NCBI GenBank assembly: GCA_010909165.1
Contig: MU008172.1
Coordinates: 1,302,001-1,366,000, forward strand
Source of the DNA: Anthoceros angustus
Lineage: Eukaryota > Plantae > Anthocerotophyta
Direction: 5' to 3'
DNA: 64,000 nucleotides
The translations under genes were made by a program, and so were the position numbers. Positions 48,401 through 62,445 of the stretch are shown here, one piece after another. How positions within the stretch are numbered: position 1 is the first letter of the stretch; each line of letters starts with the position of its first letter. The notes under the pieces are model-generated. The model saw only the letters and a program-made list of their open reading frames with translations. It was not told the DNA's origin and made no database searches.

Positions 48401-51400
48401 AGGAGCATTACGGAACCCAAAAGGCATGAACAGCCACTCCCAAAGTTGTTGCGAGCCGTGGAACGCCATCTTCTTGATGTCCTCATCCGCCATGGGCACC
48501 TGGTTAAATCCCTGACGCAGGTCCAACACCGAAAAAAACGAAGATTGTCCAATCTGATCAAATAACTCCTCCGGGGTAGGCAGATACGATCTGCTGCCGG
48601 CTGCGTTCGAGGCCGATAATCACCACATGCGTTTTGGTCCACAATCACGACTATCCTTCTTGGGTGGAAGAGCATTGGCAAAATCGACGTGGATGGCGAA
48701 TCAACCTTCATGTAACTCCTTACGTCGTCCACGATCTCCCACTCGGCGGGCTAAGGCGGTACCGGCGCAACCGGCTCATTAGTGGTCGGTGAACACGGAA
48801 CTTCATCATTACAAGTACCGGCTCCTTCATAGAAGGCAAAACAATCTCGGTGCCCAGCGGTCACTTAACTGCCTCGATCTTGTCAGCGAGACCCATATTC
48901 CGAAACATATCGAGGCTCAAGCCGCTGCGTGATGATAAACCGGTCTCCGAATCCGAATTGCTCGACCATACAAGCCGAAACCGAATGATGGACACGAGCT
49001 ATTGACTCCCCAGCATCCAGGTATAAGAGATCGAATCAGAAAGGGCAAGTGAAAGACATGGATGACATGCTCCAGCCACGTGAAATAAACCCACAAAAGC
49101 GGAGCACGACAAGATTTGAAACACTAAACAAATGGTAACAAGCCGTGGCATAGCAAATCCATAGCACGCCGAAAGAGCAATCCGATGACGTAAGTGGCGC
49201 CAACATGTAGCATATCAAACCCCATGATACGTTCTCGTTCTTCCACGATGGGCTCCTCCCATCGTTGAGTCGAACATTCAACAACAGCCCATTGCCAGCC
49301 CACGATCGCATAAGAACCGGAAAAGCCGGTGTGGTAGTGCGGCGGCATGCGGCCGATTAGTTGGAAACCACGGAGACTTCTCCACCTTCACCGGACGGAC
49401 TATGATATGGTTCCAAAACATCTTGCAACCGGAGCTGATCATCACGAATCTTTGAAGTGCCAATTGCAAAATTGTGCATGGAGCCCAATTGGTCCAATAG
49501 TGCGTAAGCGGTGGGCAAAGCTACGACTGCGACATCCATGACAAACGGAGATCCCACCACATGTTGGATCAAGCGTGGCATCGACAAACAAGTGCGGCCG
49601 AGGATCTAAATGTGCGGGTATTCTCGAGCACATACACCATATGAGGTGCACTGTTGAAGCCAATGCAAAATACGAGCCAACAAAAAGCGATCCGCTCGTG
49701 GATCACGCAAACCCGCACCTTGGCCAGCAGGAAAACCCCGGCACTCCCATCCGATCACCGGATCAACCGGGCAAAGCACGGATGTGAGATTGGTGAATGT
49801 CAGACATCTTGAGGTAAGCGTGAGCGTAGTCACAAATCGATCGAAACAAACTAGATGGCGAGAATGTCTGCAGCGATGCCCGACAATCTGACCGGACAAT
49901 TGTCCGGTAATAATATTGGCGCGCAAAGCGCCGCGTAATAGAGCCTCCAAGCGATTACAAACCTAATTCCAATACCACATAACCGGCCTACATGGGCCAA
50001 ATAATGGTATGTTGATTCAAAGGTGGAAACAGCGTTAGGCAGACTCAAAACGGCTTTGTCCGGCCTCAATCCCGGCCGCATGAAATTCTTTAAAGCATAC
50101 TCCACATGCAGGCGGCACTCTCTTGCTGACTCGACAACGGGGCTCGCGAGGCAATGGTATCCACATCATCGAAACAGCAGGTGGCATCATCCTCTGTAAA
50201 ATCCAAGAGATGTGATGATCATCACGAGGTAACAAAGGATAGCATCGGACATGCTTGGCGGTCGACTAATGCGTCACCGGCTAGCTGATGATGTAAGTCA
50301 AAGGAATGTAGGCTGCGACCACCCGCCGTAATCCGGACGATAATATACGCTCCGTCCGGTTGTCAATCCCAACTCGGTGAGCGAAATTCCTGCCAGGATG
50401 TCATAGTTGGTGGCGGTGATACCAAAGCAGGCAAGTCCGGTGAACAACATCGTTAGTACCGAGTTTCAAGGCGATAGAAGCGGACACCTGTCTCGCCAGG
50501 CGGCTCGATGGCCCTGGCGGTCGAATACTCCACGGGGCTCTTGAGAGCATCTCCCCACGTCTGCGTACGCCAAGGCTTGACCGATGATAACAGGTTGTGC
50601 TCCGTGTCCAAGAGCACCACCGTGGTGCTACTCCATTGTGATAACACAACTTTGATTGTCAACCACGGCATGGTTGATAGGCACTGCATCCGCTGAGTAG
50701 GCTGGATCATGGGATGACCATGACTCGAGCCAATTGTGACATCACCTCCTTGCCGGTCGGTTGCTCAAAGCTAAGCCCCTTGACCAATTGTAGCCGCCGG
50801 CCGTAAGCCGACTCCTCGGGTGGTACAGCGCTCGGGGGCCCGTCCGAGCAACCAGGGCTGCTGGCGTGGCGGCATATTGATCGCCAACATCCGGATCCGC
50901 TAAGGTGAACAAAGGAGCCGTGCAATCTTACACTCGAAGTTGACCATGCACGGCGGGAACAGATGGTTCCTACCAACCTATGATGATTGTGGTGGCTCCA
51001 AAGCCTCCATCAAATGATCCGCACCACGTGAATGGAAGTTCACGGTGACAATGGCACAAAGGACTTGGGCATATGACTACGGGTGATTGGTGCGAGCAGC
51101 AAGTGTTACATAAGCACACTGCTGATCATCATGCCCCAGCCATGTTGCGAGGCATCCTCTTCCTCCACATCCACCTTATGAACGTACATGCAGTAGGGAT
51201 CTCCATAATCCTCACCTTGACACCAGCAGGGTGAAGACACGCACCGCAGCCACACCGGTAGGTTTAGTCGTCAGCGAGGCGGTCAACATATGGCGAGTAG
51301 TGGTGTGGGCGACTGAGACTCAAAGCCGTCATCTTCTCGAGATACAGCACCACCTTGTGTTTGCCCTTATCCGCTTGACTTGCTCTTAGTGAGACACCCC

Positions 51401-53383
51401 CCATGCTTGGGCTGCAGGTCAAGGCTCCGATGGCTCTGCGGTGTGGGAGTTTCTCCTTCACTCCCCGATACGCCCGTTGGGAACTTACGAAAACATCTGT
51501 AACAACATGACCCGTCTTGTGGCAATGTGTACAATATAATGCTTCCACGCACATTTGCAAGCGGTGACAAATGATCGAGCGCCCAAGTGATTACACATAG
51601 TAATCGTGTTGGTAGGCGGATAGACCACCTTAGCCATCTTAACTTTGTCGGGCTTAAGCACACCCAGTGATAAATGCACCGGAAGATACACCCTTCCCGG
51701 CAAACATGGTGCGATAATGAGCATACGACTTAGTGTGCTTATAAGCATAAGCGACGCCAACTCCTTATTACGCCTCCTGGAAGACGATCTAGAGTGTATT
51801 GATCTCCATATTTGTCCTAGCGAGGTAAGTGAAAATGAAACAATGGTTAGTCTCGAAGCGACCCGAAACTTTTGTCTTTGCCTCTTGATCGATCAACATA
51901 CCGATTCCATCCACAGCTTTTCAGCGGCGAAATGCCATTTACCTTTGTCTCTCCTTCTTTCGTTGGAAAGCGACAAGTTCACTATCTTCTCGGGGTTTTA
52001 AATGGAAAAGCCTTCTCCAATATAGTGAAAAACTCCTCTGATTGGCAAACTTGGGTACAACAACGTGCTCATCAATCCGGCGATTAGCCCTCTCTTGAGT
52101 CATGCGACCAGCAGGCCCTTACCGGCGTGGCCTTCCTGCGCAACTTTGAGCTTGATGATGAGCCATTCATTCTTTGCATGCAAATTATTGTATGCAGTAC
52201 CGCGCTGTGATAAGCGGATTGGGAGAAAGCCGATTGCCGACAAATCGGGTGTGTGCTTCATACAAATCCAACGCCTCGTCACTCATATATCCGGAAGTTG
52301 TTCAAACATATCTTGATGAGAATATGCGGACCATGCTTAAACTTCACCACCGGTAAGGAAATTGAAAAACATTAAGAAATCTCTCAGCGTTTGAGTCCGA
52401 ATGCTGAAAATTTATCGCCCTAAGCGGCCGATCAAGCTCGCCATCTCTTACGAACCACTCGAATCTTGCCTCTTCAGAATCGTCCTCGTGATCACCAGCG
52501 TTTACAATACCCGACAAGGGTGACCAGCTAGCCAATTGTTGACCAGCATCACGCGTAGCGCGCCTCCCTCCTTTGTCAAATCGCTCCTGGTTCAAGTTAC
52601 GTAAACTCCACCGTCTCGGGTAACCCCTCTTCGACAGTAACCTGCGGATGACGAGGAACCACTCGCGATCTCAAGCAATAGCGTGGCTCTTCATCCTCCT
52701 CGTGACATGCATTACCAGCGGACATGTCAGAACCACGCGAGCATGAGTAGAAAACCTCCTACCTCGCTAACCAATGTCGATGGCGGTGATGCTTCTCTCA
52801 CGACCAGCGAGCAAATTGTCATACCTCCCCTCCTTCCACCCAAAGCCAAAATGCAAAGACTCACTTCCCGGTGAGCGATTGTGAGAGTAGAGGTTCGAGC
52901 TAAATGCATCGACATCCGCTCAGGTTAAGTGGAGAGTTCCCTAGTCCACAAAAAGCAGCATCATCAATGTGCGGTGTGGACTCATGCTCACTCGATCATG
53001 CAACCTATTGTTCCAACCGGATGAATTGCATAGAAAAGAATGACAATCGTGAGCCATTGCTTTCGGCGATGCTCAGCGACGCTTTCCACTGAGACTCTCT
53101 GGCGACTCGGCTACCAACACGGGACCTCTTAAGCTCGTCCCGTCTCATCCGTCTCCATCTCGTGCAAGATTCTCTCCGCTCCATATCACTCCTCGGTAAC
53201 TTTGTTCGCATCATCATTCATGCGCGGATTCTCAACCAAAAGCCTAAATCTACTGGCGCCCTATTCACATAGGCACCGGCACACCATTGACCTAATCGTG
53301 CTTTCTGTTACCACGCATTTATACCCACATGCACGAATTAACCTAGAACTGCTTATGCTAGCCCTACATATCGCAGCATGACA
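45475..53383 (-). mobile_element. Near-complete degraded Ty3/gypsy LTR retrotransposon with a PHD finger at the integrase C-terminus
   Basis: Direct repeats 45475-45966 and 52889-53383, both starting TGTCA on the minus strand. Gag knuckle YCTHCHKTGH (~51500-51545); RT LDLRQGFNQ...MPFGFRNAP..FQRIMD...CYIDD (48239-48529); RNase H PDFDKPFTVY.DW...ESNYPSYEG...LARWAM.LQDYDF (~47600-47970); integrase below. Confidence 0.85.
46170..46300 (-). other. PHD (C4HC3) zinc-finger coding segment at the end of gypsy pol
   Basis: With two frameshifts and one stop: [41 protein letters not shown]. Confidence 0.8.
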
Positions 53384-53639
53384 CCCTTAAAAAAAGCCTA
53401 AAACAAAAGGAATGCACATTTTCGCCCAAAAGACGACGGGATTTTAGCCATAACTCCTTTTTGCCGGAGAAACCCCTTTCTACCCAAATGTTATTCTATA
53501 ACCATATACTTTGTATAAATATTATGTACTTTTTATTATGATAATGAATGCCTAAGATCTTTGAGCTTGTCCTTGATTCTCGTCATGACTTTCTGTGCAT
53601 GTTAATCAAACTGCTGGCTACATACACATCGCCTCTTCT

Positions 53640-54045
53640 TGTCCTATGGTCTTATGTTTGTAGCTACCTACTAAGACGTAAAGCGCTCTAGAGGAGCAAG
53701 GCGGCCATACACATGCCTGCGGCAAGCTCACAAATAACGAGAAGGCAATAGATTTGGGTAGAGCCATGCTCTCTTCTTGCACAGCACTATGGAGGAAGGT
53801 CTGAATACCATGCCGGAGATATCCTGCTTCGTGGCAGCCTATATAGAGGACTTTGCTGTGCTCACTTTCGACGAGCGTCGGACAGGGTGTGGCAACGGTA
53901 GCATGAGGCAATTTGGCTATTATCTTGTGAGAGCTAGTACCTCGTCAAGTTCTCTTGCTCGGCCCAGTAGATCTACCACACATGTGGCAGTAGTTCACCA
54001 TGGAAATGATGGAGTGTTGTCTGCTCGTACCCTCGATGAATTCTT
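53640..54045 (-). pseudogene. PLS-class pentatricopeptide repeat (PCMP) C-terminal / E-domain fragment
   Basis: HVVDLLGRARELDEVLAL, YL*ACRRHVYGRLA and ALYVLVGSY match the VDLLGRAGxLDEA, LLxACRxH and YVLLSNxY motifs; stops and frameshifts present. Confidence 0.6.
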
Positions 54046-54288
54046 GTAACTTAAAAATCTAACTTACAATTTTCTACATTCATATTTCTCTGGGAAGTTC
54101 ATTTTGAAAATAAGTAATAAAGTTATGGCTAAGCTAACTTTCCAAACGAGTTGAAACTAAGCATATTTGACATATTCCAACCTTCAGTCTCATGTTTGCA
54201 TATTCTCCCATCATTGCGTGTGCCAACTACTAGGGACTACAACATTATGAAATAGGAATCTACTCAATAATTTTTTTTGTCATCAGGT

Positions 54289-54693
54289 TCAGCTCCTGAC
54301 ACTTGTGGCATAAACCCAACTTCCGTCTACAATGCATTGATAGGTTGAAGTTGGTATCGGTGGCTTACTCCTGATAAATTGAAGCAATCTCTTGAACAAC
54401 TCTACATTGCAAGGAATATGCAAGTTGCCTTTTTGAAGAGGCAACTTGCATATTCCTCAGGTCAGTCCTCAGCCAAACTCAGCCTCCATATAGTCTAATA
54501 AGGGCCTGAACAAGGCATGGTTGAGCTTGTCCATTGAAAGAGGAAACCTAATCCTTTCATCCCCCACCTCCACAACTATGTACCCTTTCATAGGCTTCTG
54601 GCTTTCTTTTCCATTGCTATCCTCATCACATGCATTACTTCTAAAACCCAGCAACGGCTTAAGAAAGTTCATGGAGTTTTGTTTTGATTTCAT
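54289..54693 (-). pseudogene. SAUR: SAUR (small auxin-up RNA) family gene disrupted by a 33-bp insertion
   Basis: KGYIVVEVGDERIRFPLSMDKLNHALFRPLLDYMEAEFG*...LQKGNLHIPCNVELFKRLLQFI; removing 54439-54471 restores EFGLQKGNLHIPC. Confidence 0.85.
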
Positions 54694-55428
54694 TTTGAAC
54701 TATCAAAATGGTTGCTGCAAGAACAAGTGCTAAATTTTTGCAAGAACTGTATACTCACTTTATATGATATATCGTCTTTCCTACTCTGATATACATATAT
54801 GTAGCATACTATCTCAAGTGAGGAATCACTCTTTATGGTAGTCTTTCATACTATGACATGCATGTATAGCATACTATCCTAGAAGTGTAACTACTTTTTA
54901 TGATAGTCTTTTCCACTAGGACATACATACATAGCATACAATTATCTCCTTGGATCTTGACCTCACGTGATCTACCAAAATGGAAGGAAAAGAAAATAAA
55001 TCCATTAATTAATCAACAAATGAATTGATCAATTAACACTTCCTTGGGTTTTGAACCGATTGGGATCACTCTTTTGCACTATGTATTACATTCATCCAAA
55101 TTATTCTACTACTCTAAACTACAAAGATATCAAAGCGGTGCTCATGCAAGATATCATTGTGTTCTCTATTGCTCACTCATATGTGCAAGATACAACCTCA
55201 ACATGGACCATTTCATCCAATTTCAATACTACTCCATGGGAGAGTAGTTTGTAATGGTTTGTTTGAAATGGCTAAATTGAGACTGGTGAGCCTTTTTAAT
55301 TAGATAAGCAGCGCCCTTTTTTCATACGGACTTGGTAAAAAGCATGTGGTGACCTCACCAAATGAGTGATGTGTCTAGCGTCATAAAGCTACTAGGGTCT
55401 ACTGATCCCAGCATTCTCTGTGGAAGCA

Positions 55429-55863
55429 CTATTTAAACTTGAGCAAGGATTTTGTCAGCACATCCGCTGTGATGTTGTCTGCTGGTGCATATTGTACCTT
55501 CACGATCTCCGCTGCATCACGAATATAGTGATTTTGAATCTTTATGTGCTTCGTGTGTGCATGGCATATGGGGTTAGCAACTGAAGCAATTGTTGACATA
55601 TTATCACAATTAAGAGTCGTTGACCCTTCTTGCGGCATATCCAGATCCTCATATCATAGCTTCCTTCCCGCTCAGCCTCCTTAGTGGCTCCTGTGAACGC
55701 CTTGTACTCCGATTATGTTGATGAAAGTAATATGGTTGCTTGTTTTCTACAAGACCAGTTAAGGAAGGAGTATGATGAGATACTTTTCCGGGTGTCTGCA
55801 TTTGAAGCCCAATTTGCATCCACATAACATGTAAGCAGAAGGCACTTTTTTCTGCTTGGTTTA
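55429..55863 (-). mobile_element. Older Ty1/copia element, RNase H part
   Basis: YVDANWA, WSCRKQ, CDNMSTI..VANPICHAHTKHIKIQNHYIRD, ADVLTKSL. Confidence 0.85.
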
Positions 55864-58800
55864 TGTAAATTATCGGAGCACGATCATTTGACTAAGGCCA
55901 GAAGGCTTAGAGACTACACAAAGTTTTGTGTGTGTGCAAAAACGATGAATAATCAAAGGAATAATAAAAGGTCTCATATGTGTTCATTATATACCACGTA
56001 ACCCTAAATATCAAACGGTATGTATATATCAAACTCAGCTAGGTTAAGCGAATAACAGATTAACCCTTAACACTCCCTCTTAAGCTTATGAGCTTAACGA
56101 GAGAAACATAACTCCAGGCATAAACCCGTTTACAAAACCCAAAACCCCGTACGCGATCCCATGCGAACCATGAGATAAGGGACTTCCCACGAGAAGCAGG
56201 CGGCTAGGTATCACAAGGAACAAGCTCCTGGCGGCGCACGCTTGGGCGTAAACCGGTGGTTGGGGCGATCCATCTTGAATCCTGCAATCAAGTCCGTGGC
56301 TACAAGAATGGAGCTCCACCTGTGCTCACCGCCAAATCTCAACTCGCGCTCTTCATCTTTACCGTCATGGATTTTCATTCTTGACCATGAAGACAAGGCG
56401 GCGGTGAGCCTCGAGTTCCTCAGCAGGAGGCGGAAGAGAAGTGGAGGCCTGGTAACCATCCCAGCATTCCCACGGTCCACAGCGACGAAACGCAGGCGTC
56501 CTCTTCATCGGATGTCGTGCCTCACGAGGGAGGAACAACAAAGGATGGGAGTGGGACGGCCCGGACATGAGGTCGGTAAGCATGTGCGCTTGGGAACTAT
56601 CATGGGCAGAATGTGTCCTTGGTGATAGGCAAAGTGAGGCAGGGATACCCACATCTCGAGCCTCCAACTCGTGAACAAGCGAGGAAAAAGGCGAGGTCTT
56701 GTCGAGAGCTAGAGGACACTATCAGTGCTAAAAAGGTGGACTTTGACAAGGTTTGAAAAGCAGGCATCTGAGATGATTAGCTATATCCCTCACGCTTCAT
56801 CCATCTGATCCTGTGTGTCCTTTGTTGTTCAAAATTTGTAGACTCTGAGGTATTGTCGTTGCTTGTGCGGCTTAAATCATCCAGGAGGCGGTGGAAGCTT
56901 GTTGGCAAATTAAATCACAGGTGTTGTGCGAAAACATATATATGTTGTTCACAACAAGTTCACAACAACCCTAAATAGACTTGGATGCTCATATAAAACC
57001 AGATAAAGTACACCTTAGATTTGTTCATAAGGCATAATCAATGCCTAGGCCTTCCATATATTCATAATGTTTATGTTTGGGAAGGCCCTTAGTAAGGATG
57101 TCGGCCGTGTTAAGTTACATTGATACATAGCTAACTTTCACGATTCCACGTTCGACCACGTCTCTAACATAGTGGTGCTGTATTTCTATGTGTTTCGTTC
57201 TTGCATGGAACTTAGGATTGGCAACAAGTTCCAAAGCTGACATATTGTCACACAGGAGAGGAGTCGGCATGTCTTGCTTCTGTCCTAAATCGGACAAGAA
57301 GGTGCGTTCCCACTCAGCCTCCTTGGATGCCTCTGTTAAACTTTTATACTCAGCCTCAGTTGAGGACAGAGCTACTGAAGTTTGTTTCTTACAGCTCCAA
57401 TTAATAACAGCTGATGAGAGGAGAAAGCAATACGTGGAGAGGCTTCGACGTGACTCTGTATCCGACGCCCAGTCAGCGTCTGTGAAGCCCTTCAAGGTAA
57501 GCTGCTCTCCACTGCTCCTGTATGCGAGCCCATAAGACTGCGTCCCCTTTAAATAGCGAAAGACACGTTTAGGCTCATCCAATGCACCGGCACAGGTTTT
57601 CAGTGTGACAAGGTCGTGAGAATATTGAATATCGGGTCGTGTCCAGTTAGCTATAAATATGAGGCGCCTGTGCATGCACTGTAGGGAACTGTCCATCTCA
57701 ATCTAAATGCACCTTGTGGACACTGTAGGCTAGTCAGCTTAGTTCCTAGTGCATAGGGTGTGGTAGATGGTCTTGCCTGTTCAAGCTTAAATTTGTGCAG
57801 CAGTTCTTGTACGTATTGGTACTGGTGGATAATAATTAGCTTCTCAGGTCTTATCCTTAACAAGCGAACTTTAACTCACCTATGTCCTTCATATCGAATA
57901 CGCCCTTAGCATCTCTTTAACCTCTTGCCGGTGGTGACTACTATTAGTATACATCGTCAGCGTCTGATGATAGAATAACATATTCAGCTCCCTTGGTCAA
58001 CTTGTATCTGATTACCATCAGTGAGCTTTGAACAAAAGAGTTGTTGATCGGATGTTCGTGGATGGTGAAATACCAAACTACGCCACTTTGTTTGGACCAT
58101 AGATGGTCTTTAATAGCTTCGAACACCTTAGGATGTTTAGGATCCACATAGCCTTGATGGACCATGTATAAGTCTTCGTCAGGCACCATATAAAAAGGCA
58201 TGCATCGTCCATTTGATGCGGTCTAAATCAAATTTGCGCCGATTAATATCATCCTTATTGGTGAGCTTTCTGGCAGGTGAAAAGGTTTCCTGGTAGTCTA
58301 GTCCCTCAACCTGTGTGAATCCTCGTGCAACCAGCCTAGCCTTATATCTGGCGATTTCTCCCTTAGCATTCAGCTTAAGCTTAAATACCCATTTGCAGGA
58401 GATAGGTTTTCTGCCAGGCGGGAGGTCCGCTAGCTTCCATGTCTTATTCTTGACTAGGGAATTGTACTCATCATCAACTGCATGCTTCCATTTATCCTTT
58501 TCGGATCCACGAGTAAGCCTCATCAAAGACTTAGGCTCCGGTGTAGAGTGCTTGAAGCGAGTGCATGTCTTGCATATCTTTATAGTCAATTGATTCATAA
58601 CGTAGCTCTTTCCTGATCGGAGGCGGTTTAGTTGACCGTCTCGCGGAGGATCGAGGTTCTTCATATTGAGCGGCTAGTAGAGGTTCATTTTCTTGGTGGG
58701 TCCTCCTCAGCGGTGCATAGCCCTCATCTCCCTCTGCTGGCTGCATGATAGTTAGGTTGATGATCATCTTCTTGTGGAATAGGAGGTGGATCTGGATTAA

Positions 58801-61800
58801 CGGCGTTTGCGGTGATCTTTGTCTGGTGGGGTATAGGTGAGCAGGGAGGTGTACCCCAGTGGGCCAGTGGTTCATCTCCCTCGTCAATTGAATCATCAGA
58901 AGGGAAGTCTACAGTGTCATCATCTGTGGTAGGTAAAACAGCTCCCTCTGTGGTGGTTTGACCTAAGATGAGAAGTTTGTCAATTTCCAGAAAGGTAACT
59001 GATCGAGCTAACACCACTCGTTGTTCGTCGGGGTGATACAATTTGTAAGCCTTAGACTGTTCACTGTACCCAATGAAGATGAGTGCTTGGGCTCTTGGAT
59101 CCAGCTTCTTTCTCTTCTCCTCTGGGATGAGAGCAAAAGCACGGGAACCAAAGACGCATGATGCTTCAAAGGTTTCGCTTCCAATAAGCCTCATATGGAG
59201 TCGCAAGGGGCCAGGCTGGTGAAGAGTCGGTTCGAATATAGGTTAAACGATTGCCTCATTAATATTCTTGAGATAAGTTAGCCCACAATAACATGCTCTG
59301 GTCATGGCTAATAAGGTCTGATTTTTCCTTTCGGCCACGCCATTTTGTTGTGGGGTATATGGAATTATGTCGTATCGTTGTATCCCCCTCTCTTGTAGGA
59401 AGCTATCAAATGTTGTGTTAACAAATTACATTCCATTATCGATCCAGAAGATATTTAACGGGTACACATACATTTTCCATGATCGTGACCAATCATGGAA
59501 GAGTTCAAAGGTATCACTCTTGGTGCATCGGGAAAGTCCAAGTGTCACAGGAATAATCATCGATGATGCATAGGTAATAGATAGAACCGCCAAAGGGCCA
59601 GGACATGTATTTTGCAGAAATGCATGCACTAACTCGGGGGCAGCGGATGCTGTGAGGCGTGAAAAGGGTGAGCTTTTGCTTGGCAGCAATGCAAGCTTCA
59701 CAAGAAGGTAAATCTTTGAAAACACAGGCAAGGGTTCGGTGACATTTCAGCAATGACATGTCTATAGCTTATTTACATGACCAAGTCGTGCATGCCACAG
59801 GACAGCAAGGCTTTGGGACTTCTTAGAGACAAGACTGGCCTGGTGTCTAAGGGTACAAATATTCAGTCTGTAGAGATCATTATTTAATGTACCTTTGAAT
59901 GCCAGCATGGAAGGTTCTGACCTCTTATAGAAGAGACAAGTATCCTCACTGGCTTTCATATCATATACTCGAAGTTGCATCAGTTTGCTGAGAGAGACCA
60001 GATTCTTAGCCATTGACGGCACAAACAGGGGTTCATCCAAGGTAAGAATTGATCCATCGTGTAGAGTAAACTTGCATGTTCCATGAGATGGAAGCTGGAT
60101 TGATTTCGTTCATCTCCCAATAGCACTCTTTCAGCTATTTTGTGTGTCTGTAGCAAGTAAAATTGCTCTTTACTTCTGCAGATGTGTGAAGTAGCGCCAG
60201 AATCCAAGTACCATCCATCTTCATCACATATGGGGCGGGCAAAGCAGACTGTTAGTATCTTCACCACTGGTTTGGCGTCACCTGATGTCTTCTCCTTAAT
60301 AGCAACAGTTGCAGAACCTTTAGGAGTGCGCTTAGGTTCCACGCTTTTCTTCTTACATTCCCCAGCGGTGTCGGCTATACCACGATTCCAGTTTCACGGG
60401 CGCTTTGATGAGCCAGTGAGAATCAAGTTTGGCGAGTTTACCTCCGGCTTTGCCTTTTCCTTTGAAGGTTCTCGACGCCATTAATGCCTTCTCCGTTTTA
60501 CTCTTAGGAGTTCTGAAGAAAGCGCTGCTTTCTTCTTCCGATATAAAGCACCTATCACCTCTTCCAAGGTGATGTTTCCGATGCCTCAGAAACTACGGCA
60601 TTGGCACTGAGAGGGCCATTCGACTTGTGATAAAGGCGATAAGATGGAGGGAGCCTTGCGAGTTCAGCTACAACATGACCTCTTCCATCTTGGTTCCGAT
60701 AGAGAAGCCATTTGTGCTCTAAGGTGGAATTTACTTGTGAATGCACCTTATCTCCTCTTCATCTTTAAGGCATAGAATTCATGTTTTACACCAACAAGAG
60801 TCATCACGTTGGTAACTTTGTATGTTTCTCCATGTGTCTAGATATCGGAGGCTTTATCGAGGAACTCCACCTCGGGTATGAGATCGCATGAAGTCCCCTA
60901 TCAGAGAGCTATGGCAATCTCGTCTGGTCCCAATCAACAATCGATCGTGAAGGTCTTTGGATTTGCAATTGATTTGGTTTGGGAGTAGTTCCATCTACTA
61001 TTTTCCACACGTCGGGCCAATAAAGTTGACTTCATTCGGATCGCCATACAGTATTGTGTGCCGTGAATCGATCTTTCTCTTCGGCTGCGTGTATGAGGGT
61101 TTATGACTACGGTGATTCTCGTTACAGATCGGGGAGTGTCACTAGCTGTCAAGGCTAAGTGCTTGGAATAGGCTACTTAGGCGTCTATAGACAAGGATGG
61201 ATCTGCGGACATATAAGACTAACAAGATAACTAGAGCTATGGCTTTAGTAACACAGCCCTGATCCTACACTTTCTTAATTATGTGCATAAATAAGTGTCG
61301 GCGTAATGCGTGTATGGTGACCGTAGATGCAGACGAGAATACACATTTGTAGCTATGTGAGTTTGTCTATGCTCACTAGTGATTCCTCTTCCAATACTCA
61401 AACACGTTAGCAAATAAAAAGTGATCAAGGGGTCATGAGAGAACAGAAACAAAAAGCAGTTAACGCGTTTGATTCTTTGTACTTTTACCAAAAGCGGCGT
61501 TGGTTGGTGTTTCAAAATGAGCAGACGCGAAGGCGCCTCTTCATTGCTCGCAGGAAAATAACCAGATCACAGCAGGCGTGGATCCTTGCTTCAGCAGTCG
61601 CGAGGGGCCTGTCGGGTGTACACCTGGCAGTACTCGATGCGGCGCTTCAGGTGAGATCGCGACGCTTGCAGTCTGGTGTTTCCCACGGCGCAGCGGATTC
61701 AGAGAATTGAGCGCCGACAACCTCCTCGATTGGGAGATCTGGGTGACGCATACTTGATTTGATGTTCTCTAATCTTGGCTGTCATCTCAGCTATGCTCCG

Positions 61801-62445
61801 AAGGTGATTCATGATCGTTATATTTCGTAGATGAATTGCTCTTAGAAAACTCTGATATTGCTCTTCAAATAGAAGCCCAAGAGCAAGATGTCTATCAAAG
61901 TCAAACTTGTCAACGTATTTGGTGGTGAAAAGCGTCGGATCTGGAGTGCATGAGACGATCGAGTTACTGCCCTCTCCTTCCACAACGTTCTCTGTACAAC
62001 CTATCTACCTCCATTTTTATTGGTCAGGATGTAGGCTTGTCTTTGCAGCGCTTTAGCGAGAGGGTTGGGTAATCTTGCTCGTAGAGATCCGGTGTATCTA
62101 TTGGTACTCACTGCTCGAGATGAGGCACCTCGATGTATTTTGTATCTAGGAGGTCCCCTGGCAAATCCTCTCTGCGAGCCACCCGCCTCGGCATTTTCTA
62201 GCGATGTCGAAAGTCTGAGGCATTTGTGCTCGATACCATGTAAATTATCCAGACACGATCATTTGACTAAGGCGGAAGGCTTAGACTACACAAAGTTTTG
62301 TGTGTGTGCAAAAAGCGATGAATAATCAAAGGAATAATAAAAGGTCTCATATGTGTTCATTATATACCACGTAACCCTAAATATCAAACGGTATGTATAT
62401 ATCAAACTCAGCTAGGTTAAGCGAATAACAGATTAACCCTTAACA
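55864..62445 (-). mobile_element. Full-length Ty1/copia LTR retrotransposon (6582 bp), degraded ORF
   Basis: LTRs 55864-56072 and 62239-62445 (TG...CA); GTTTA duplicated at 55859-55863 and 62446-62450; tRNA-iMet-type PBS at 62227-62238; PPT AAGAGGGAG next to 56072. PR WYLDSGATSH, LWHARLGH, RT KWVFKLK...YKARLVARGFTQ, RNase H FTDADWA...SSTEAEY...HARTKHIEIQHHYVRD. Confidence 0.95.

Noticed and set aside
52690-52730. PBS of the PHD gypsy
   Set aside because: No convincing tRNA-complementary sequence, so the inner LTR boundary is left unresolved.
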